The position numbers and the translations under genes are program-made. A stretch of 64,000 nt of DNA. Origin: Gemmatimonadota bacterium. Its GTDB lineage: Bacteria; Gemmatimonadota; Gemmatimonadetes; Gemmatimonadales; GWC2-71-9. The stretch spans positions 406 to 64,405 of the forward strand of contig JANNSD010000034.1 of the NCBI GenBank assembly GCA_031402225.1, given 5' to 3'. Under the pieces are notes generated by a model. It worked only from the letters and a program-made list of their open reading frames with translations, made no database searches and was not told where the DNA came from. This document shows positions 36,701 through 43,771 of the stretch, one piece after another (position 1 is the stretch's first letter; the number at the start of each line of letters is the position of its first letter).

Positions 36701-37368
36701 GCCCGGTCCACAATGGCGGGGCTCACCGCCTGGGGCAGGGCAATGACGAGCGCGGCGCGAGGGTGGGCAGTCTCCGCCTTCACGCCCTTCCGCGCGCGCG
36801 CGATGGCGGCGGACAGATCCCGGGCGCGCAGCGACAGTTCGACAGCGCCTTCCTTCGGGCTTGCCACGGTGAGCAGGAGTGCGCTGGTTTCGCCGAAGCC
36901 ACTGTTGAACTGGATCGGTCCCGCGCCCTGTGGCAGGCTGGAATTGATCGCGGCGAGCTTCAGGTTGATGTCGTTGAATTCCTTCTCGGGATCCGTCACG
37001 CTCTCGGAGAGCTGGATCTGGACGATGGAGACGCCGGGAAGGGTGAGCGACTTGATGCCAAAGTCGCCGGCTCCGGAGGGATGAATGACCGAACTCTGTG
37101 CGGCGGTGGCCTCGACCTGGCGGGTGACGAGCTGCTCGATTTCCTCGGCGGAGGTGCCGGGCCAGGGCGTGACCGCTGTGGCCACGCGCACCGGAATGGC
37201 GGGGTCCTTCAGCTTGGGCATCGCCCGGTAGCCGTAGAGGCCCCAGGTGAGGACCGTCGCGAGGAGGACCCACGAGATGTGCCGGTTCTCGACAAAAAAC
37301 CGGGCGGTGTTGTGGGTGTTCTTCTCCTTCTCGAGCAGTTGCCGCTCGCGCTCCTCCGCTGCTCCCAC
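33718..37368 (-). CDS. RND efflux transporter permease (AcrB/AcrD/AcrF family)
   Basis: 1216 aa with twelve-TM, two-large-loop architecture. ARFFVENRHISWVLL N-terminus typical of RND pumps. Confidence 0.95.
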   Translation of the reverse strand: MGAAEERERQLLEKEKNTHNTARFFVENRHISWVLLATVLTWGLYGYRAMPKLKDPAIPVRVATAVTPWPGTSAEEIEQLVTRQVEATAAQSSVIHPSGAGDFGIKSLTLPGVSIVQIQLSESVTDPEKEFNDINLKLAAINSSLPQGAGPIQFNSGFGETSALLLTVASPKEGAVELSLRARDLSAAIARARKGVKAETAHPRAALVIALPQAVSPAIVDRALETFDQAVRAEPFASSIVTLRGPGFVGIDLATSADDAALVAYLQDFMQNRLGYSGFYTDAWPPVVIRDTAETLARLTASPGDKYTYRELDQFTDLLQRQLLSVPQVSKILRSGVLPEQVFLGYSQEQLAAYKLQPASIKDILTARNTTIPGGLFQAGDINVQVQPSGSFTDVREIGGVIMTRTSSGLPVYLRDIMDMYRGYQTPPRFLNFVTRQDAQGHWQRFRAVSLGIQMRSGEQIDAFGRDIDAALATMHGRLPADLLIERTSDQPLQVKENLDLFMDALYEAIVLVVIVALIGFWEWRAALLMMLAIPITLSMTFGMIYLLGIDLQQVSVATLILALGLLVDDPVVAGDAIKRDLAAGDPPIQAAWWGPTKLATAILFATVTNVVAYLPLLLLGGNQGDFLHSLPIVMASALIASRIVSMTFIPLLGYYILRAPKKAERTIEQRRTEGFTGWYYRVGKYAIEHRRVVFACSLLFLALGGFFNRHLARAFFPDDVQYLSYVDVWLRNAAALPTTNDVAREAETVIRDVATQYGREHPTKGKPTDVLESITAFVGGGGPRFWFSVSPELQQLNYAQLIVKVKDKDITPRIVGQMQLALTERVPGAIIDVQQLQTNPVQYPVAMRIVAPSAAAGDEAANTLVLRQIATQVKDILRTSPKAARIRDDWREDVLVTRIDVDPDRANLAGLTNQDVAASSAAGLNGTQVAVLREANKQIPVMARLQPRERPELSDLRNLYIFSTEDKNKVPIGQVANITYGMETQRIRRQDQVRMMTVFAFPVPGALPSDVYSQVAKPIAELGRNLPPGYSLVVSGEQAKTTEGFGQLLGVMAISGFMIYLALVLQFRNAVKPLIVFAAVPYGLVAALASLWVMRSSFGFMALLGMVSLIGVIVSHVIVLFDFIEEMHAKGEPFEDSLLDAGIMRLRPVLITVLATVLALFPLALHGGPLWQPLCYAQIGGLLFATVVTLILVPVIYSIAVLDLKIIKWETKEET

Positions 37369-37374
37369 GACGCG

Positions 37375-38547
37375 CTACTGGATGGGCCGGACGGCGTCAC
37401 CGTCCCGCACGATGGTGGCGCCCGTGGTGATGACGCGCGCGCCGGCCTCGAGGCCGGCGGTGACGATCACGGAGTTGCCGACGACCTGACCCAGCTCCAC
37501 TGGCTTGAGCCGGGCGACGTCCTTCTTGCCGTCGCTGTCCACGATGAAGACGGCGTAGCCGGTATCGCCCGGGGACTTCTGCACCACGGCGGCGAGCGGC
37601 ACCGCCACCGCTTCTGCGTGCGCGGTCGCGGGGCCGGTCCGGCCGGGCACCTCGAGGGATGCCACCATGCCATCGCGGAGCGCGCCGTCGGCGTTCTTCA
37701 CCGAGACCTCGATTTCGCTGACGCGGGTGTTGGCGTCGGCGGAGGGTGCGATCGCGGTGATGGTGCCGGTGAAGATCCTGCCGGGTACCGACGCGGTGGT
37801 GAGGCGCATCTTGCTGCCCATGACGACGCTGCCGAGGGTGACGTCGGGCACGCCGAAGACGACCTTCACATAGGAGACGTCGGCGAGGACGAAGCCGGTG
37901 GTGCCGGGACCGACCAGGTCGCCAACCTCGATCTTGCGTTGCAACAACACGCCGTTCATCGGGGCAATGAGGGTGGCGTACCCGAGATTGGTCTGGGCCT
38001 CGTTGAGCTGGGCGCGCGCGCCGTCGACGGCTGCCTTGTCGGTTTCGTATTCCTGCTTCGCCGAGTCGTAATCGGGACCGGTGATGCTGTTGGTGGCCTG
38101 GAGGTTGGTGGCGCGGCGGAAGTCGTTGGTGGCCTTCTCGAGCGCGGCGTTGGCCTTGTCGAGGTTGGCCTGGGCCTTCGTGACGTTGTCGACGTAGTCG
38201 GTGTCGCGCACCCTGGCGAGCAGGGAGCCACTGGACACGACATCGCCCTGCTGCAGGTCTCGCTGGCGGCCGTCGGCGCCCTTCACCTGACGGATGGCGT
38301 CGACGTAGCCGTTCACCTTGAAGGCGACGTCCACCTGGGCACGGGGGATGACATTGGCGGAGTAGCGGATGCCGTTGGTGCCGGAGGCGGTGGTGGCCTG
38401 CTGTGTACGAACTGGAATTCCAGAGGGAGCGGCTGGGGGCTTTGGGGTGCAGGCAACAAGCAGCAGCAGAACGCTGGTCGTGAGTCGTGAGTCGTGAGTC
38501 GTGAACGCACGAGTCGTGAGTCGTGAGGCGTGAGTCGTGAGGGTCAT
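37375..38547 (-). CDS. RND efflux periplasmic adaptor (MFP/HlyD family) lipoprotein
   Basis: LLLLVAC lipobox, coiled-coil hairpin (ANLDKANAALEKA...AQLNEAQTNLGYATLIAP), and beta-barrel C-terminus. Confidence 0.9.
   Translation of the reverse strand: MTLTTHASRLTTRAFTTHDSRLTTSVLLLLVACTPKPPAAPSGIPVRTQQATTASGTNGIRYSANVIPRAQVDVAFKVNGYVDAIRQVKGADGRQRDLQQGDVVSSGSLLARVRDTDYVDNVTKAQANLDKANAALEKATNDFRRATNLQATNSITGPDYDSAKQEYETDKAAVDGARAQLNEAQTNLGYATLIAPMNGVLLQRKIEVGDLVGPGTTGFVLADVSYVKVVFGVPDVTLGSVVMGSKMRLTTASVPGRIFTGTITAIAPSADANTRVSEIEVSVKNADGALRDGMVASLEVPGRTGPATAHAEAVAVPLAAVVQKSPGDTGYAVFIVDSDGKKDVARLKPVELGQVVGNSVIVTAGLEAGARVITTGATIVRDGDAVRPIQ
38477..38540 (-). repeat. Heptanucleotide microsatellite (GTCGTGA x4, an 8-nt spacer, then x4 with one variant) filling codons 3-23 of the MFP gene
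   Basis: Read directly: 38477-38504 holds four perfect units and 38513-38540 four more (one is GGCGTGA). Encodes THDSRLTT-type repeats. Confidence 0.9.
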
Positions 38548-39920
38548 GTCTGGCCCAGTGCCTTGTCGAGTTGCGCCTGGGCGTTGTACGCCGAGAGGAT
38601 GGCGTCGGCGTGCTGGGTGTTGGCCTCGGCCAACTCCGATTCAGCCTGGAGGACGTCCTTGAGCAGGACGGCCTGCTCCTTGTACTGGTTGGTGAGCACG
38701 CGAAGCTTCTCCGTGGCGGCGGCCTGGCTGATTTCGGTGACCTTCACCATCTCCTGGGCTTCCTCGAGTTCGCGAATGCGGCTGTCCACCTCGATGGTAA
38801 CCTGTGCCTTGGTGTCATCGAGGTCGTTCGCCGCCTGGGTGATGTCGGCCTTCTTCTTCGTGAGGTCGTTGCTCTTCCGGCCCCAGTCCCAGATGTCCCA
38901 GCGCAGCTGCAGCCCGACGATCCAGTTGGTGGGCGGGACGAAGTCGACGTTGAAGAGCTGCGTCAGCTGCATGACCAGGTTGAGCGTCGGGAGGTAGTCG
39001 GCGCGGGTGATGCGCGCGCCGGTCTGCGCCTGCTGCAGCTTGTAGAGCTTTTCCTGCACTTCAGGTCGCTGCACCACCGCGATCGACTCGGCGTCGGCCA
39101 TCGAGGGGTAGCCGGAGCGGGCGGCGGGGGGCTCCTCGCTGACGCGGAACGGTGTCTTGGTGTCGCGTCCCAGGAGGTTGTTCAGCCGTTGCTTCTGGGT
39201 GATGAGGGCGTTCTTCTGGGTGCGCGCGCTATGCTCGGCCCGGGCCAGCCGTGCCTGGGTATCGAGTAGTTCGTACTCCTGCGCCACATCCTGCTTTACG
39301 TAGTTGTCCACCAGCTTCACCAGCTCGCGATAGAATGCGATGCTCGCGAGGGTGGCTTGCAGGGTGTTCTCGGTCTTGAGGATCTCGTAATACTGTGACT
39401 TGACCGACTTGACGACATCCTGCTGCCGGGCGCGGAGGCCCTGGACCGAGATGGAGTCTTCCACCTCGGCCTGATCGATGAGGAGGCCGGTGCGATGGAG
39501 CTGCAGCAGCGGCTGGGAGACGCCGATGGATGCGGTGGCGAAGAATCCGTCGATGGAGCCGATGGTGGTGTCCTGCCCCGGGATCGGGCCGATGACCGGA
39601 TAGTCACCGAAGGCACCACCGGGCACCGTAAAGGGCTGCTCCAGGATGCTGTAGTTCGCATTGCCGTCGAGGTTGAGGATGGGGAGCCGGTGGGTCTTGA
39701 TGGCGCTGACGGTTGCCGCGGACTTGGTGACGCCGAGTGTGGCATTGACGACGCCGTAGTTGCCCTTGAGGGCCAGGGAGATGGCCTCGTCGAGGGTGAG
39801 GATGGGGGCCGCAAGGGAATACTCCTGCTGCGCCCCGGCAGGGCGCGCGAAGGCGGCGAGGAGCAGTGCAGCACAGGTGGCACGCCAGATGTGGCGAATG
39901 CTCAAGGGATTTCGTGGCAT
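38544..39920 (-). CDS. TolC-family outer membrane efflux protein
   Basis: Start at MPRNPLSIRH (ATG 39920) with signal peptide ...ARPAGAQ. Two repeated alpha/beta OEP halves. Stop overlaps the MFP start. Confidence 0.9.
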   Translation of the reverse strand: MPRNPLSIRHIWRATCAALLLAAFARPAGAQQEYSLAAPILTLDEAISLALKGNYGVVNATLGVTKSAATVSAIKTHRLPILNLDGNANYSILEQPFTVPGGAFGDYPVIGPIPGQDTTIGSIDGFFATASIGVSQPLLQLHRTGLLIDQAEVEDSISVQGLRARQQDVVKSVKSQYYEILKTENTLQATLASIAFYRELVKLVDNYVKQDVAQEYELLDTQARLARAEHSARTQKNALITQKQRLNNLLGRDTKTPFRVSEEPPAARSGYPSMADAESIAVVQRPEVQEKLYKLQQAQTGARITRADYLPTLNLVMQLTQLFNVDFVPPTNWIVGLQLRWDIWDWGRKSNDLTKKKADITQAANDLDDTKAQVTIEVDSRIRELEEAQEMVKVTEISQAAATEKLRVLTNQYKEQAVLLKDVLQAESELAEANTQHADAILSAYNAQAQLDKALGQT

Positions 39921-40020
39921 GAGGGAGAACAGAGTGTTCCAGCGAATGTACGGCGAGACTTGGAGGGGGGGAAGGCACGTCCCCGGGCGAGCTGAACATG
40001 TCACTGGCGCTGAGCGCATC

Positions 40021-40054
40021 TTCGGAGCCACACCCGTTCGACGCGCTCATTTGC
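40021..40054 (+). repeat. 34-nt REP-like element type 2, copy 1 (TTCGGAGCCACACCCGTTCGACGCGCT...)
   Basis: Near-identical to 40064..40097 and 42391..42425. Confidence 0.8.
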
Positions 40055-40063
40055 ATCGGTGCC

Positions 40064-40097
40064 GGCGGAGCCACACCCGTTCGACACGCTTCCCTCA
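40064..40097 (+). repeat. REP-like element type 2, copy 2
   Basis: GGCGGAGCCACACCCGTTCGACACGCTTCCCTCA. Confidence 0.8.
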
Positions 40098-40103
40098 TGA
40101 CGG

Positions 40104-42272
40104 TTGGAGGTTCGGGACTGCGCAATGAGTGGTATGGCCCATTTCAGAATGCTGCCCGTCCTTATTGTCCTCCTGGGCGCGCGACCGCTGCGCGGGCAGG
40201 ACGTTGCGTACCTGGCGGAAGTGCCGACGGCGCAACAGGTAGCGCAGGGACTGGCGGTGGCATCGCCGCGGGAGACGGCGGCGCGGCGGTATGCGGCGCT
40301 GTTTGCGCTGGGCAACCTGGTGGGGTCGGGCGCGGGCGCGGCACCGTCGTCCCAGGCACTGGAGCGGATCGCGTCGTTCACCAGCATGAAGAACCAGGTG
40401 TATGAGGCGGAGAAGCAGCGGGACCCAACGCCCTACCTGCTGGAGCGGTGCAGCCAGGCGTACTCAGAGAGCCCGGAGTTCCAGCGGGAGCTGCTGGACC
40501 TCTACTTCACGCCGGGTTGGCAGGCGACGTACGGGCCGCGGCTGGACCCACGGCGGTGGAAGGCGCCGCTGGCGATGGCGCCAGGCGTCAAGGTGACGGC
40601 GGCGTCGATGTCACCCCCGATGGTGGAGGAGTGCGGGAGCGCACCGGCGGCGGCCGCACCGCGAGCCGCGGTCGCCGCCGCGCCGAGCAATGATCCGGTG
40701 GAAAAGCAGCGGGCTGAGGCGAGGGCGATTCTGAAGGCGGGTGACACCGTCCGCGCACTCGATGCCTACAAGCGGATGGTGTCGGCGTATCCATCGCGGC
40801 CTGAGGGCTACGTGGGACTGGGGTACATCCACGTCTCACAGCACCAGTACGCGCTCGCGCTCCCGGCATGGCAGAGGGCGGCGGACCTCGACCCGGCTGA
40901 TGCCTTCAGCCTCTACATGGTGGGCGCGTCGTACGTGAACCTCAGGCGGTATGAGGAGGCGGTGGCTGTGTTGCGTACCGTGACGCGCATGAAGGCCACG
41001 CCAGATGTCCTCACGTGGGCGCACTACTCGCTCGGCTTCGCGTACGTGAAGCTGGGACAGCGTGAAAGCGCGATGGAGTCGTACCGCGCCCTCGCGGTGC
41101 TGGATACGGTCTGGGCGAGCAAGCTCGCGGTGGAACTCAATGCGCCCCCGAGGGCCGCGAACGGCGCAGCGGCGGCGGCAGCGTTGCCGTCGGAGCGACC
41201 GGCCGGGCCGCTGGCGGCCTCCGGTATGTCCTATCTCAGCACGGGCGATACCGCTCGTGCGCTCGAAGCGTTCAAGGCGTCGGTTGCCGCGCAGCCGCCA
41301 GACCTGATTGGCTATATCGGTCTGGGCAGGATCTACGCGGCCCGGAAACAAGATTCGCTGTCGGTACAGGCATGGCAGCGGGCCGCTGCGCTGGCGCCGA
41401 CTGACTGGAGTGTGCTCTTCGCCCTGGGAGTGGCCTCGAAGCGGGTGAATTCGTATGCGGAGGCTCGCGACGCATACCTGAAGTCCATTCGCCTGAAGCC
41501 GCCACCGGAGATCGTCGGCCATGTCTACAAGGGGCTGGGATTCACCTACCTCGAACTCGGCCAGCGCGACAGTGCGATCGCGGTATACCGCACGCTTGTA
41601 CCGATTGACTCCTTGCGCGCCAACGAGCTCGCCGCGCGCATCAATGCAGCGGGACCGGCGGCGACTGCTGCCGCCGCCAAGCCAGCACCGCCGAGCGCGG
41701 AAGTGGAGGCGCTGAGGGCGGAGGGCAAGAAGTACTACGAGGCCGAGGACTACGTGAAGGCCCGCGCGTCATACGAGAAGCTGCTGCGCCAGAGCCCCAA
41801 TGACGGCTGGGCACTGTATGACCTCGGCTTGAGCCTCCTGATGGTGGAGGGATACAGCGAGACTGACTCCGACTCCATGCTGGCGGTGTGGAGGCGCGCG
41901 GTCGCGCTGGATCCCACTGACACCGAGTTGCTCCTGTTGCTGGGCGATGCGATGTACACCTTTGACCCGGATGTTGCGATTGAGGCACTCGAGCGGGTGC
42001 TCGCGCTCAGCCCCGATGCGTCAACTCAGGCGCGCGCGCACGCCACGCTGGGATGGAACTACTACTTCTACATGATGACCAAGAGCGCCGAGGTGGAGTT
42101 CAAGGCGGCGATACGCCTCGATCCGGCAAACGATCGGTACCTTCATGCTCTTGGAATCAACTATGCCAAGTCGGGCCAGAAGGACGCTGCAATGGCGGTG
42201 TTCCGGCAGCTGACGACGAGGAACCAGAAGATGGCGCAGGCGCTCTTTGCCGAGATCAATAAGAAGGATTAG
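40104..42272 (+). CDS. Secreted TPR-repeat protein
   Basis: Signal-like MSGMAHFRMLPVLIVLLGARPLRGQ (alternative start 40125), followed by many 34-aa TPR units (e.g. YVGLGYIHVSQHQYALALPAWQRAADLDPADA). Confidence 0.8.
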   Translation: MEVRDCAMSGMAHFRMLPVLIVLLGARPLRGQDVAYLAEVPTAQQVAQGLAVASPRETAARRYAALFALGNLVGSGAGAAPSSQALERIASFTSMKNQVYEAEKQRDPTPYLLERCSQAYSESPEFQRELLDLYFTPGWQATYGPRLDPRRWKAPLAMAPGVKVTAASMSPPMVEECGSAPAAAAPRAAVAAAPSNDPVEKQRAEARAILKAGDTVRALDAYKRMVSAYPSRPEGYVGLGYIHVSQHQYALALPAWQRAADLDPADAFSLYMVGASYVNLRRYEEAVAVLRTVTRMKATPDVLTWAHYSLGFAYVKLGQRESAMESYRALAVLDTVWASKLAVELNAPPRAANGAAAAAALPSERPAGPLAASGMSYLSTGDTARALEAFKASVAAQPPDLIGYIGLGRIYAARKQDSLSVQAWQRAAALAPTDWSVLFALGVASKRVNSYAEARDAYLKSIRLKPPPEIVGHVYKGLGFTYLELGQRDSAIAVYRTLVPIDSLRANELAARINAAGPAATAAAAKPAPPSAEVEALRAEGKKYYEAEDYVKARASYEKLLRQSPNDGWALYDLGLSLLMVEGYSETDSDSMLAVWRRAVALDPTDTELLLLLGDAMYTFDPDVAIEALERVLALSPDASTQARAHATLGWNYYFYMMTKSAEVEFKAAIRLDPANDRYLHALGINYAKSGQKDAAMAVFRQLTTRNQKMAQALFAEINKKD

Positions 42273-42390
42273 GACGGGTCGGCGGGTTCGGGCGGGTCGG
42301 TGCTTGGCGCGTCGACCGGGGTGGCTCCTCAGGCACTCGTGCTGGCTGAAATGGAGGCTCCTGGCAGACGCGACCGCCAGCAATAGTGCC

Positions 42391-42425
42391 TTCGGAGCCA
42401 CACCCGCTCGACGCGCTTCCATTGC
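42391..42425 (+). repeat. REP-like element type 2, copy 3
   Basis: TTCGGAGCCACACCCGCTCGACGCGCTTCCATTGC, between the TPR gene stop and the DinB gene stop. Confidence 0.8.
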
Positions 42426-42959
42426 TCATCGCTCGCGGTCCTTCAGGACTGGCAGGAATTCCCTCCACGGCCCGACATCCTCCGCATAGTGCTTCGCCAT
42501 GACGCGGGCGACCTGGGCGATGTGGCCGAGGTCGTGGGCGACCCAGGTGGCGAGGAGCTGGCGCAGGGTGACGGCGCCGAGTGTGGGGTGTTCGCCGCGG
42601 AGATCGAGCTCGGCGGCGGAGAGGCTCCAGGAGTGAAGCAGCGCGAGGTTCGTGGCCCGGAGGCGGGCAAACTCGTCGAGCAGGGTATCGAGCGCACGAC
42701 CGGCGTTGCGCTCGCGGTGGCGGAACCGGTCGTACGGGGCAAACGCAGCGTCGTCGAGGTTGAGGATGATGAGGGCGCGGGGGATCCAGTCAGTTTCCTC
42801 GCCATCGATGAGGTGGCCGACGACATCGAAGGGGCTGAAGGAATCGCCGCCCTCGGTGGCGTGGGCCAGGGCCGGGTCGATGCCCTGCAGGAGTGCCTGC
42901 AGCACATGCGGGGTGCGGCGCAGCACGTCGGATGCCGTGTGCGGCAGGCGTGAACTCAA
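42426..42959 (-). CDS. DinB-family (DinB_2) protein
   Basis: C-terminal 177 aa of track ORF 42426..43817. Motifs: FDVVGHLIDGEE, LLATWVAHDLGHIAQV. The TTG start at 42959 overlaps the upstream stop (TTGA). Confidence 0.75.
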   Translation of the reverse strand: MSSRLPHTASDVLRRTPHVLQALLQGIDPALAHATEGGDSFSPFDVVGHLIDGEETDWIPRALIILNLDDAAFAPYDRFRHRERNAGRALDTLLDEFARLRATNLALLHSWSLSAAELDLRGEHPTLGAVTLRQLLATWVAHDLGHIAQVARVMAKHYAEDVGPWREFLPVLKDRER

Positions 42960-43771
42960 GGGCGGACCGTCACCCGCATGAAGGTGGCCGATATCGAGAT
43001 CCCGCCATCGGTCACCTTGTTCTGCGACTTGGCCAGGTCCACCAACTGGCGGTGGAGTTCGTCTTCCTTCCCGTTGTTCCGGGCCGCCTCGTAGGCGTTC
43101 ATCGTCGGGCCATAGAACCGCCGGAACAAGTCGATGAACTCCGCCGGGCTCGTGCTGGGCAGCGTGAAGCGGAAGGTGTCCCTGACCATCGACACCCGGT
43201 CGGCCGGCACGCCGGCCTGGCCGAAGCGCTCGAGAATGTTCGCCTCCACGCCCCAGGTAATCGGGCTGATGAAGCCTTCGGGCGGTGGCGGCGTGTACGC
43301 CGCACTGATCTTGAGCAACTGGGACACGAACGACGTGGGATCGTTCGGGATCCAGTTGCCCATGACGATGCGTCCGCCCGGCTTGGTGACCCGGACGATC
43401 TCCCGGGCGACGTCGAAGGGTTTCGGGGCGAACATGCCGCCGAACACGGAAAGGGTCAGGTCGAAGGAGCGGTCGCCGACGCCCTGGAGGTCGCACGCGT
43501 CGCCCACCTGGAACGTGAGCCGGGTGAGGCCGGCTTCGCGGGCTCGCTTGTTCCCGGCTTCGACCAGGTTGCCGGCGATATCGATGCCGACCACTTCCGC
43601 GCCCAGGCGGGCGAGCGGCAGGGCGGTGGTGCCGTCGCCACAGCCGAGATCCAGCACCCGCAGCGGCGGCGTGATGGCGAGTGATGCCACGAGTGCCTCG
43701 CCCGACTGCCGCATCATGGCGGCAATCATGGTGAAGTCGCCCTTCTCCCACAGTGCCTTGTTCGGGTTCAT
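42956..43771 (-). CDS. Class I SAM-dependent methyltransferase
   Basis: RVLDLGCGDGTTALPLARLGAEVVGIDI (motif I), and VTKPGGRIVMGNW. Confidence 0.85.
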   Translation of the reverse strand: MNPNKALWEKGDFTMIAAMMRQSGEALVASLAITPPLRVLDLGCGDGTTALPLARLGAEVVGIDIAGNLVEAGNKRAREAGLTRLTFQVGDACDLQGVGDRSFDLTLSVFGGMFAPKPFDVAREIVRVTKPGGRIVMGNWIPNDPTSFVSQLLKISAAYTPPPPEGFISPITWGVEANILERFGQAGVPADRVSMVRDTFRFTLPSTSPAEFIDLFRRFYGPTMNAYEAARNNGKEDELHRQLVDLAKSQNKVTDGGISISATFMRVTVRP

